DNA of 64,000 nt from Epiperipatus broadwayi (lineage: Eukaryota > Animalia > Onychophora). Positions 40,101 to 56,175 of this stretch are shown here, one piece after another. Each line of letters begins with the position of its first letter. Positions within the stretch are counted from its first letter, which is position 1. The notes beneath the pieces were generated by a model, which had not been told where the DNA came from, searched no databases, and was given only the letters and a program-made list of their open reading frames with translations. The translations under genes and the position numbers were made by a program. The DNA lies in assembly GCA_028023455.1 (NCBI GenBank), contig JAQFVV010000003.1, positions 2,666,001-2,730,000 on the forward strand, in the 5' to 3' direction.

Positions 40101-41500
40101 TTTTATTATCTCCAGTGGCCATATAAACTATAGCTGCCATCCATTCTTGTCTTCCTAACGTAATTTAAATATTTTTTTGACATTACTCCTATACTATCAT
40201 CTCTTTTTTCTTTTCTATTTATACTGTTCCTTACCAAATTTTTCAGTATAGGTTATTTTTAGATGTGTTTTCATTACTGGTAATACCTCAAGCCCTTCAT
40301 TTTTAATTGCTTTGTTTAATTATAATCACTTTTCTGGTCTCCTACCACCTTGAAAATTCATATATCCAATTTTTACAATTTCTTCCTGCTCTTTTATAAA
40401 TTCTTTTGATTCTTTCTTCTCTATTATATTTGTAGTTAGTTTATCATTAGTTTTACTGACCCATTTCCTTTCCACATCTAAATTTACATCTAGACAAACT
40501 ATTCCTTGCTTACTTTTTACATCCCATCCATCCTTAACCTTCTTTTTGCTAATACTGTAATTTAAAACCCTAGCCCCCTTTATAAGTTTCTCAAAATATT
40601 TTTCTTAAATCAAATTCATTAAAGCTTTACTTTCTTGTTTTGCTAAATGCAATCCATCTTTTCTGTATAACTACTTTTACTAATAGAAAAATCCCACACA
40701 TCCACAAATATAACATTTTCTATCGCATAGTTATTCCAATCACATGCCCTATGTAACATATACCTATTATTGAATCTTGGTAATAATTCAACTATTCCAT
40801 TTCTTTTTTTAACCTTATTCAAACTACTAATCAATTCTTTGTACTCATCCATTACTCTCTCCAATAGCTCTGACAAATTATTTGTTCTTACCATAACAAA
40901 CATTTCTGCTCCCCTGTTTATCTTATCCATAATATCCCTAATTCTAGCTCCAGGCAAACATACTCTTAAATATCTATTTCTATTTTCTTTTGCAATTACA
41001 TCTCCACATTCTCTAATTAGTGAGTCTTCTATCAAGACTCTCATAGTTTACTTTTCCTATTTCATCTGTAATATTTTCTTTAATCTTCTGAATTTCATCT
41101 ATTTTTCCTTATTGTTTATATTCATTAATTCCTTGATTTGCTCACACTTCATATTTAACAGTTTTAATTTTACTTCTACATCATTTACCTCTTTTTCTAT
41201 CATCTTTATTCTTTGGCTAACTATATTCCCATTGCATTACTTATTTTGTCATCTATATCTCTTGTCACTGTACTAAACACATATAGGTCATCCTTAGCTA
41301 CATTTGCCTCATTTTCTGCTGACTTTCTTTTAACTATCTACACTTAAAAACCATTTTTAATCTATTTTATCATATTTATACATGATCTACAGTCTTATTT
41401 AAGCATTTCAGATGGAACACCTTATCATATACTGCACACACTACCAAAGCCCACTGAGTTTCCTTCTGACTGTCATACATACATTATGATATACATATGC
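37104..41500 (-). mobile_element. Near full-length decayed LINE: ORF1 (PHD-like + SGNH esterase), ORF2 (APE-RT with C-terminal Cys motif); CR1/L2/RTEX-like, clade not resolved
   Basis: ORF1: CAVYDKVFHLKC (~41400-41435), LIEDSLIR, CLPGARI, VRTNN; ORF2: FIDIEKAYD, GLRQGCPMS, LLFAND, CRLCKEGIENIRHLL; (ATCAC)n tail at ~37104-37120. Confidence 0.85.
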
Positions 41501-42274
41501 AGTCCATATTTTTATATTTCCAATTCCCCTATTCGTTATTTACTTAGACAGTAGCAAATATATATATGCCCTACTTTATTGTAAATTTAATTCTGTAATC
41601 TATAGTAGAATTGGCTTTTTTTAATGTAGCTGAAGATTTCTCAAGAAAGCTTAGGATTTTTTTCATTAGTCATCCCAGATAATGTTCTATAGTAAATGGA
41701 AGTCTGGTTATTTATAACTGAGGGTGGTGGTGGAGAATAAAACAATTCAGATCATTCATATGAGTTTGATGCCTTGATAATAAAGACATAATAAATATGA
41801 TATAATCTCCACTGAAGTTAGGAGAGTCAGTCAAAGATACCAAACCCACAATCTACCTTTAAAAAGGGATTCTCACAACAAAAGAATTAAAAGATGGACA
41901 GTAGATTTTTGTGTATTAATTACAAAAATCTCTACATCAATTGGAAAGAAAAAATGAGATATATGGTGAATGAGATGAACTGAAAACACTTGTTTTATCA
42001 TTGTTTTTCTATTTTCATGTCTTGATAGAATCATATAATATTAATATATGTTCAGTTTTACAGTTTGTTTTTAGTACTTTTTATTTTGTTCTTTCTGTAA
42101 TATTTTAAATATATATATATATGTGAAAAACAAAAACAAGTTATTCACGTAACTTGATATCACTTGTTATTTATGTTCAACAGATGGCGTTTTACCAAAA
42201 CCACCGAACAAGTGTAAAATTTGTTTACATAAACGAAAAAAGAGTCAGAATTAACTACCTCTTTCATTTGCTCA

Positions 42275-42321
42275 CCCCCAGATCAGCTGATTTCAAGCTG
42301 GTTTGCTCTCATCAGTGAGGG
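42275..42321 (-). ncRNA. Type I hammerhead ribozyme (B1)
   Basis: Reverse complement of the B3/B4 motif, core intact. Confidence 0.85.
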
Positions 42322-42925
42322 ATAGAGTATAGAAACTAGATCTAAACACTGACTCTCAAGTGTTTATGCAAAACGTTTCTATCAGTTTGCAAGCGTGAAT
42401 TTTTCAGACCGTAAATCTTCAAACTCAGCCTAGCAAGCCAGATATTTATATTCTATCTCAGTTCAGTATCACTACATAATCAATCTCTCAATATATATAT
42501 TCAAGAAAACTTTAAAGTACATTTATAAAACAAAAAAATTATTACTAACTTGATATCACTTTTATTTATTCAACAGATGGCTTTTACCAAACCACCAACA
42601 ATTAAAATTTTTTACATAAACGAAAAATCAGAATTAACTCCTCTTTCGTTTGCACCCCCGACGCGATTCGCGGTTTGCTCCATCAGGAGGGAAGAGAAGA
42701 AACGACAAACACGACCCAGGTTTAGCAAAAGCACGTGAGCGTGAATTTTTCAGACTGGTAAAGTCTTCAAACTCAGCCTAGCAAGCCAGATATTTATATG
42801 GGTCTGATCTCAGTTCAGTATCACCACATAATCAAAGTCTCTGCAATATATATCATTGCAAGAAAACTTTAAAGGTACATTTATGAAAAACAAAAACAAG
42901 TTATTCACGTAACTCTATATTCTAT

Positions 42926-42972
42926 CCCTCACTGATGAGAGCAAACCAGCTTGAAATCAGCTGATCTGGGGG
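42926..42972 (+). ncRNA. Type I hammerhead ribozyme (B3)
   Basis: ccctca CTGATGA gagc-aaacca-gctt GAAA tcagctga TC tggggg: 6-bp helix I, 4-bp helix II, palindromic helix III, AUC triplet. Confidence 0.88.
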
Positions 42973-43339
42973 TGAGCAAATGAAAGAGGTAGTTAATTCT
43001 GACTCTTTTTTCGTTTATGTAAACAAATTTTACACTTGTTCGGTGGTTTTGGTAAAACGCCATCTGTTGAACATAAATAACAAGTGATATCAAGTTACGT
43101 TAATAACTTGTTTTTGTTTTTCATAAATGTACCTTTAAAGTTTTCTTGCAATGATATATATTGCAGAGACTTTGATTATGTGGTGATACTGAACTGAAAT
43201 CAGACCCATATAAATATCTGGCTTGCTAGGCTGAGTTTGAAGACTTTACCGGTCTGAAAAATTCACGCTTGCAAACTGATAGAAACGTTTTGCATAAACA
43301 CTTGAGAGTCAGTGTTTAGATCTAGTTTCTATACTCTAT

Positions 43340-43386
43340 CCCTCACTGATGAGAGCAAACCAGCTTGAAATCAGCTGATCTGGGGG
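43340..43386 (+). ncRNA. Type I hammerhead ribozyme (B4)
   Basis: Identical to B3, 414 nt downstream. Confidence 0.88.
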
Positions 43387-46300
43387 TGAGCAAATGAAAG
43401 AGGTAGTTAATTCTGATTCTTTTTTCGTTTATGTAAACAAATTTTACACTTGTTCGGTGGTTTTGGTAAAACGCCATCTGTTGAATATATATATACACTT
43501 AAGCTAGATTAATTAGAGGGATTACTGAAGAGAGCTTGAAAGTCTGGTTTTAAATCCCCTCTTCTATATTTTTGACTTTTTATGGGTCTTTGTCAGGATT
43601 ATATTTGTCTGAAAAGAAATTAGACCAAAATTTAAAATATAACTTTTATCAAGATAAATAGAATGGAAAATATTAGATAGTAGAAACACAGAAAAAATTA
43701 AAACATTGAAAAAAAATAGTGCAAACATGATTATATTTTAAGATAATGCTAATAGTAAATGCTAGAAATGAAATACTTTTTAAAAAAAATTTTAATTGGT
43801 GAAATGGTAATTGTACTGAGGAAGAGTTTTGATAGGACTGGACTGAGCAATCTATTGGTAAATTTGTATATCAAAACAAAGGTACACATACATTTAATCT
43901 GCATTTGATCCCTGTAATCAAGTTTATATCACTATTGCTGATCTATCACTGTAAGCATAAATTAATTGATACCAGATGATAGTTTTTGGGATTTTTTTTT
44001 ATTGATCCCCAGACTAGTTTTAATTTAGTATTAATCTGAGTACCTAGGGTTACTCACTGTTAATAAATTATATAACCAGATTCCAAAGATAAATTTTTTT
44101 GAATCACAGTTTAACTATCATAATGCTTAAACAAAGAATATATTCCCGCAAATCATCTGATTATTATTTCTTCTTTAATAATACTTCTTTATATATTTTA
44201 CTTAAAGTTTAAGAAAATATTTTGACGACTAAATGAAATGTTTTGGTTACTCTAATAGACAATTGGATAATAATAGATATGTAGTATATTTTGAAATTTG
44301 TTTTTTTTTTTTAATTAATGCAAATACACCTCTCATTTCAACAATAATATCTCAAACATCCACCATAAGAGGAACTCAAACAATCCTTATTATGCATGAA
44401 TTTCATAAACAACAATCACTTATTAGATAATCTAGAGATATCCTACAAACTGGATGTCTATGCTCTTTGAGAACTTGATATTTTTTATTACACACAAGAT
44501 AGGACTGGTTTTTATTTACTTTTAATACATTGTGGAAGAATAAATAAGCATTGTTCTGTAGAGATATTTCAATGATGTTTTTTTTTTTTTTGTCACTGCT
44601 TCCCCCAACTTGGGCATATTGCAACAATAAACTACCAATGATGATATAAAATATTAATCATTAATCATAGTTCTCTGTCTTGTTATTCTATTTAACTTTA
44701 TTAGGCAGAACTTAACACATTCACATCTATCATGTAAATAATTTAAAACAAAAGCAGAAAAAAAGAACTATTTGAAAAAATATAATTTATTGAACAGTTT
44801 ACATAAAGTGTGTTGAAAGAGAAGAAAAACGAATTGTACTATACTCCTGCTTTCCACAAATAGTTTAGAATTAGAATGAAATATAATTTAGAAAAAGAAG
44901 TATAGTGTAAAACAATGAAAAGTTTGTAAGAATGTGAGAATTTAAAACAGAAGATTTGAATATATCTTTATCAAACAAACAATTTATATTTAGAAATTTT
45001 ACAATTTCTGTGATGTAGAATATATGTATAAACATTAGAAAAAGACTAATGCTATATAGATTGCTTTTTTATTTGTGATGTTCTTAATATAAATAAAAGT
45101 TCATAAGCCAAGTTTCCTGTAATTTTCTATAATTCCAATTTTATATGGATAATTACTTGTGAAGAACATGTTCAAATTGATGTCTATTTTTTTTTTTTTT
45201 GCCGCATGTATATTATGATGTGATATATTCTTGACAAACAATGGATTTTTTAATTATAGAAAATAGCAGGATAAAATTGTTCAGATTGTTTTTGATTAGT
45301 AAAGTAAGCAATAATTTCTGTCTTCTTAGAACAGATTATATCACTTTACACATTAGTTATTATTTTTTTCTACTGCAGGAATAAAAAAAATTAAAATTTC
45401 CAATATTCTCTTTTATTAAGACAAGATGTTTAATGCTTGTTTGTGCTTTTAAATAATATCAAATTCTATGGTTGTACAGTGGTTTTTGTCCAACTTTTTT
45501 TTTCTTTTTGAATATAATTCTCCAATATTATTCTGATAATTAAATTCACCTGATTTCTGGTTGTCCTTTTTTTATTATTTTTCAAATGAATTTATTTTTT
45601 TAAATATCCTATTCGAATTGCGTAAATTTATATATAGTCATTTATGTTTCAAATGAAAGCCCAGATTTATTTCATCAAGAATTTATTTTGTTTTCTTTAA
45701 TTATATATATTTTATTTTTTATATAAAAATAATTGAATGATTATTGAGGGATAATATGTTGCTAAATCACATGAAGTGTTAGGTTGAGCACCAACCAATC
45801 TTAGATCTCAAGTCTGATTCTTTATTATTATACTTAACTACACAAGGCTTTAATTACAATATTGTCTATTTTTTTCATCCTAACTTTAAAAAAAAAAAAC
45901 TTAAAATCATAAAAAAAATTTCTGCTTCTTTAAAAAACAAGATTTATGTTTCTAAAGTTTTTGCCACGCTGCTATTGTTCACTGAGATAAATCTTTGCTT
46001 TAGAAAAACTTCCCTAATCTTGCAAAACAGTTGTAATGATATATATAAGCAGATTGTTTTAAGATAATTATATATAAAACTTGAGTTGTTATTATATCAA
46101 GGTTGGCAAGTGTTGTAAAGCTATTAAGATTAATTATATTTATAGGATAAGAAGAATGGTCTGTTATTTTAAGACAGCAGTCTATGATTTTAAAACTTAT
46201 ATAATAAAGTGTCTTAAAATCTGCTTAATGTTTTTATATATACGTATTTTCTATTTGGAGTTAGCTATATATTTAAAATATAAGCATTCAAAGCAAAATA

Positions 46301-49227
46301 AGTCGCCATCTATGGAAGAAAATATGAATTAAGGTAAAATTTCATTTCCAGCCAATTTTTAAAAAGTTAAAGTGAGACATGGACAAAAAAAATTGTGAAT
46401 TTCCATGACTCTAGCTTCATAATTCAATAGTTGATAAGTTTTTATATTTATAGTTTAAAAGAAAATACCCTCATTAAATATAAGACATAAAAGACATTAG
46501 TAAGTCAAATATTTAAGACACTCTTTACAGATATAATAAGTCTATAGCAATTTAATGCATTCGTATAATGTTATGTTCATATCTTAATTAAATGAATTAT
46601 TCAATAAAATGTAATTTTAGTCAACAAACTTTAAAAGCTGTCAATCTTCACAAAGTTAAGTTTCTTGTTTGCTGTTTATGGTGAAAATTGTGTTTTTTAA
46701 TCAAACTTCTCTTTATTGTAAATCATTGGTGCTCATCTGAATGACAAATTACTATATTGGCACTTTATTTCATACTATTCCCTGATTAAAGATTTATCAA
46801 TCAACATTATAAGATGACTAGTTGACTATATATCATATAGCTAAAAAATAACTTTTCTTTCTTCTGTATCTAAAACCTTGGTTCAAAGATTTTGCCCTAA
46901 TCTTAGATTTGCAGTAGATAACTATAGAAATATAATCTGGTAACTTTTCAATATTAATCACTTCATTGTAGAATGATAGTTGAAAGCTAGTGCAAAATCT
47001 AATAATTTTGGACTACTGCTCATTTACAAGGCTGGTTAAATGTAACTTTGATTGGCAATATATAATTGTGCCAATTTTAGAAAAGGTCTTATAGCTAATA
47101 TAACTCTGGAGTTCCATATCTTTTTTGCCTTTTTAGAAGAAGTTTATTCTTTTATCTAAATCTAAAAAAAAAAAAAAATGATAATTTCTTCTTTGAATGC
47201 TTTTTATTAAATTATATTTCAACTGACTAACAGTCTTCATCAGAACTTTTTTCTTTCTTTTTGTTTATTTACTAAAAAAAAAATTGTTTTAAAGAAGAAA
47301 TATTCTGAAAAAAACTGCTAGTCTCATGAAGGACAATGTAATAAAAAACATTGTGAAAAGGCAAACAAGTGAATTTTTTAGAGATCTATTTAATATAAGC
47401 AGTGCAGAAGTGATGAAATATTATTGAACTTTTATTTACTAGCAAATTGTTTTACTACTTAGCTAGATTATTGCACTTTACCCATCAGTTTTGGGAAAAC
47501 TAAGTAGGATGCATACTCTTATAGAATGCAGAAAACTAAACAATCATATGATACTTAGATGCATCCATTTCTCTATCAAAAGTAATTATTCTTAGCCGTA
47601 AATTTAAAATTATCAAAATGTCAACACACGACTTGATTCTCTTATCACTGCAGTAAGCAAAATTATTTCACATTTCCTACTCTAGGATTAATAAATTGCA
47701 TTATTATCTAGAAACCACTAATTACTCAAACTTATAATAGATAGTACTAGAATAGAGAAGGAGAAATAGTATAGTTATGTTCTTTATTATCAAAATATCT
47801 AATATTATGAATTAGTTTTAGATAAATTAATATGGACAGGTTAGTACCTTAATTCAAAACTTGGAATTTTTGGATTATCAGATGTGAGACAATATAATAA
47901 ATACAAAATGCTGAATGGGGTATTATTTGTTTCAGAAGTTAAATTAATTTAAGAAATTTGCCAACATTGTCGGTTAATGCTAGCTACTTAAGATTAAATA
48001 AGGATAGATGTCATTACTGTACAATGCAAAAATAAAATCGTATTCTTTAGTATAGTAGTAATATAATGGACTCTATAGTGAAATATCTATGGATTGAATT
48101 AATATATTGTTTTAGTGCTCAAACATCACAGGATTTTCTCAGTAATAATTATTTGATTATTTTATTTTATTGAAGAAGAGATAAATTTTTGTGTTTATAG
48201 GTACATGACAAATAATCTTTCAAGTTTTTCCATCCATAAGGATGAGTAAATGACTAGGTGTCAAAAGTCATTATTATGATTATGCATGCTATCCAATTTT
48301 TTTTGCTCTGAGTAAATTGAGATGCTGTTATTAGCAGTTTGATACCATCAATAATTACAATAGTGATACAGACTTCACTAAATAAATGATCTCTTGGCTA
48401 TCATTACATATGCAAAACTTGAAAGACATTGATATTTTTTATCCATAAAATACTTGTGGGAATTCATCCAATGATGGATTCATTTGAAGTCAAAAAAGCT
48501 CAATGGGGTTTAAAGTAATTAAAAAACTGTATACCAAATTGTTATAAAGTAAATAACTGAATAAAAATAATTGGCAACTTAATTCTAAAGTTATTCTGAT
48601 GATGATGATTACACATGGTTATATAATTAATAAGGATATTAATCGAATATATTAATTTTAAAAAGCAAGTTATACATATGAATGTGTAAAAATATTAGTA
48701 ATACATAATGTATATATCTGTTCAAAACTTATCAATAAAGCATGAGTGATTATCCACAATATATGATATATGCAAGACAGGTATGGAGAAAAACAGCAGA
48801 TATCATGGCTACCCAGTATTCAATATAAAGATTATGAAAATCTTAGGTTGGAGATTAATCCCAAGAAGATTGATAAATCACCAAATAATGCCATAAAAAA
48901 GTATTAAAAGACTACTATTTTAGAAAAACATTTGGATTGCAAGCTTATTAATTATTAAATTCATGGTTAGATTTTTTATGCATATAAATTGTAAAAGTAT
49001 TTGGGCCTAACTTAATTTTATTATTATTATTATTATATTTGTAAAATACATTTTTTATTATTCATTTTAGTCTTATTACTTAGTAGATTATTATATAACT
49101 CGATTTGATTTATTGTAATTGTATTTAAGTTGTTGGATCTTTTTTTTTTTCATTGTGGTCCAAAAGTTGTGGTTGCATTTGAAAAGTTAGGTTCTTTAAT
49201 TACAGTAAAATGTATATATATATGTTT

Positions 49228-52560
<3,333 letters not shown>

Positions 52561-53215
52561 AACCTCCATAACAGGTGTAGGGTACTAGCTAAATCTCATA
52601 AAATGAACATCCATCTACAACTTCCTCCTCACTGTTATCACTTATAGTGATCTTCCACTGACTTGGAAAAATGACTGGTGCTGACCCAGCATTCAGTGGG
52701 GTGTTGACTTATTTGATAGTAGTCAACATTCACCATTATACATCCACTGTCATGTGAATTGTGCATTTTATAGAAGTAAACATGCCACTCTCCTTCGCCA
52801 TTTTCTAATAGTGAATGTTGTACCATTGTCAGCAACTGCATATTTCAGTATTTCACTTATTTGCAGCTAGCCTTCATATTTAAAGGCCATTTAACTGATT
52901 AATAAAGGCTAAACATTGCAGTCCCTGGTAATTTTTTTTAGTAATATTGGTGTACATATAACCATAAGCATTTTTAAAAATAATTAAATCATTTTAATAA
53001 TTTCATTTTTTTTGTTACTTAAAATTAATTTAATGTTTGACTTATTTAAGTCTTGTATTATTTTCATTACATATTAAAAAATTTGTTTATGTTCCTGGCT
53101 GTGTTTATGCTATAGACTAGTAAATAGGTTAGAAGGTTAATGAAAGAGAAATTAGGATATTATGAGAATATTGTTTTATTATATGTATCCTTTTGAAATG
53201 GAATGATTTTCCAGG

Positions 53216-54224
53216 AACTTTATATATATCACATGATCACCATTCTTTATTCTTACACAAGCTGTTTTTCACAGAGGCAAAACTCTCCATATAGTAGCAC
53301 CAATCAGTGCAAGCCAGAGTAATCAGTGAATGCAGAAAGATTTGTGCATGAAATCCCTATTCAGTGCCTACTCATCCAATATTGCCAGATTGGTTTCTAG
53401 CTTGTAACTTTCATCCAATGAGGAGCCTTGGATTAGAGAGCACTGCATCTAGACCCTAGAATCTAATGCAACCCTGCAGCTAACTTTTACTTTTTTAGTT
53501 AACTATAAATCTTTGAGTCCAAAATAAAAACACAATAATGTTTTCACGCTAAGCTCAGTAGCTTGTGTAGTTGTATAGATCTGAACTCAATTCAGCATCC
53601 ATATTTTTGGTGTCTTTGTTTTTTAATAATACATAGTCTGAAAATATAATTAGTCTGGGGATTTTGAATGAGTAGGCATTGGATAGGAATTTTATACACC
53701 AACCTTCCTGCATCCATTGATTACTCTGGCTTGCAACAAGTGGCACTACTGTATGGAGAGTTTTGCTTCTAAAAAATAGCTTGTGTAAGCATAAAGAATG
53801 GTGATCATGTGATGTTTGATGTTTTAATACCAATCATGCCCAATAGGATTATGGTGACTATGGTTATTAAAGAACATCAAAAAGTATGGGTGCTGAACTG
53901 AGCTCAGATCCTTACAACTATACAAGCTTAGCTTGAGAACATTATTGTGTTTTCATTTTGGACTCAAAGCTTTATAGTTAGCTAGAAAAGTAAACGGTGG
54001 CTGCTAGAGATTTGCATTAGATTCTAAGGTCTAGGTGAAGTGCTCTCTAATCCAAGGCTTCTCACTAAGGAAAGTCACAATCTAGAAACTAGTCTGGAGA
54101 TATTGGATGAGTAGGCACTGGATAAGAATTTTATGCACAAACTTTCCTGTGTCCATTGATTACTCTGTCTTGCACTGCGAAGCCTGTATGGAGAGTTCTG
54201 CTTCTGTGAAAAACTTGATATATA
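53216..54224. mobile_element. Hammerhead-bearing repeat, family A: reverse monomer + 1.3 forward monomers (439-nt period)
   Basis: TAGTCTGG recurs at 53651 and 54090; degenerate hammerheads at 53381-53425 (-) and 54059-54100 (+); flanks AACTTTATATATA / AACTTGATATATA. Confidence 0.85.
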
Positions 54225-54850
54225 ATAATCAATCTACATAAAATTGAAACAAATAACTAATTATATTTATAATTATTTAATTATCAACCCAGCTTTCATC
54301 TTTTATTGAGACCTTTTCAAGATATAAAGTTTTATACATCACATGTCTTATTAACTACATTTACTCCACCTATTAGACATTATTTTACCTTCAACAATAT
54401 AATTAACATTACACATATAAATGCATAAACAAATAACATAAAATAAAAAGTAAAAGTGCCTAAAAAATAATAATAATAACAATAAAACTATATAAATATA
54501 TTTTAATATACCTATATAAATAAATAAATATTTAACTCCACCTTCCCTTTTATAAACCCTTTTTACAATTCAAACCTGACTTTTTTACCATAATTTTTAA
54601 ATCTTCCAATTATCTAATAATGCCTATTTTCCACCTAATCTTGCTGGATCTTTAACTATATTTACACATCTATCCAAATTTTTCTGAATGTATAAAGTTT
54701 CATAACATATCCTTTTCGATAATCTTTTACATGTTTTATAACTAATATTCTCACATTTTATATTATGACCACTATCTAAATAATGTATATATGGACCTGA
54801 CCTAATATCTTTCTGTTAGTCACTCTATCATGCTCCTTCCCTCTATCACT

Positions 54851-54868
54851 TATCATTCATCCTGTCTG

Positions 54869-54920
<52 letters not shown>
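54851..54920. repeat. (TA)n microsatellite
   Basis: Direct reading. Confidence 0.97.
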
Positions 54921-54925
<5 letters not shown>

Positions 54926-55040
54926 CGTTTCCATTACAATATATATATATATATAATTAGAATTCCCATATTCAATTTTATAAATCATTCCCCATTTCTA
55001 TTCATACCATCTATCTTATTTGTATTACATAACCATTTAC

Positions 55041-56175
55041 CTAGAGACTTACTCCAGACCAACTGGTTTAAAGCTTATAGCTCACCTCAGTGAAGACCTA
55101 GAATATTCAGATACTACTTCTGAAACATAAACTCAAAAACAAACACTTATTTCATATGTAATATTTAAGTAGAAACTGAAATTTTTGGACATGAAAATGT
55201 TTTTAAATCCAGCTATCTAACTTAAATAACTACAGGGGACTGAACCAAATTCAGATCTACCATATGTTAATAGCCTCAGTTATAGCCAGAACTTTAAAGG
55301 TAAAATTATAATAATCAAAAAAGCTAATCATATATAATGTGCCATTACTTTTATAAGCTTGTATTTACAAAAATGTACTACAGAGAGTGGAGTGTACCAA
55401 TAGCTCAAGCAAGCTCTTAATTGATAAGTATGGTATGAGAAAATATCTAAAATCTCTATCCAGAACATTCCTATCTCCAGACAAACTGGTTTCGAGCTTA
55501 TTGCTCATCTCAGTGAAGAGCTAGAATATTCAGACACTAGATCTAAAACATCAACTCAAAACCCAGCACTTATTTCATACATAATATTTATGATCTGGAT
55601 AGAGATTTTAGATATTTTCTCATACAGCACTTATCAATTAAGAGCTTGTTTGAGGTATTGTTATGCTCTCTGTATTGCATTTTTGTAAATACAAGCTTAT
55701 AAAAGTAATGTCATATTATATATGACTTGCTTTTTTGATTATTATAATTTTACCTTTAAGGCTTTGGCTAAGCTGAAGCTATTAAAATATAGTAAATCTG
55801 AATCTGGTTCAGGCCGATATAGATATTTATGTTAGATAGCTGGATTTAAAGACATTTTTACGTCCGAAAATTTCAGTTTCCATTTAAATATTACATATGA
55901 AATCAGTGCTGGGTTTTGAGTTGATATTTTAGATCTAGTGTTCAAATATTCTAGCTCTCCACTGATGTGAGCCATAAGCTCAAAACCAGTTGTTCTAGAG
56001 ATAGGAATATTCTGGATAGAGATTTTAGATATTTTCTCATACTGCACTTATCAATTAAGAGCTTGTTTGAGCTATTGGTATGCTCTCTGTATTACATTTT
56101 TGTAAATACAAGCTTATAAAAGTAATGTCACATTATATATGACTTGCTTTTTGTGATTATTACTAAAGACTTACT
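55041..56175. mobile_element. Hammerhead-bearing tandem repeat with inversion, family C (423-nt period), inserted in a Penelope ORF
   Basis: Motifs at 55052-55096 (-), 55474-55519 (-), 55956-56001 (+); strand switch at ~55592; flanks CTAGAGACTTACT / CTAAAGACTTACT. Confidence 0.88.

Larger units (their letters stand above)
42108..43495. mobile_element. Hammerhead-bearing tandem repeat array with internal inversion, family B (414-nt monomer)
   Basis: About two monomers in one orientation (42125-42914), then about 1.4 monomers inverted (42915-43485); AATATATATATA on both flanks. Confidence 0.9.

Noticed and set aside
42550-42738. 62-aa ORF and apparent CpG-rich novel sequence
   Set aside because: Produced by base dropout in a repeat monomer.
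47205-47250. Minus-strand CTGATGA...GAAA motif
   Set aside because: No helix I pairing and no proper cleavage triplet.
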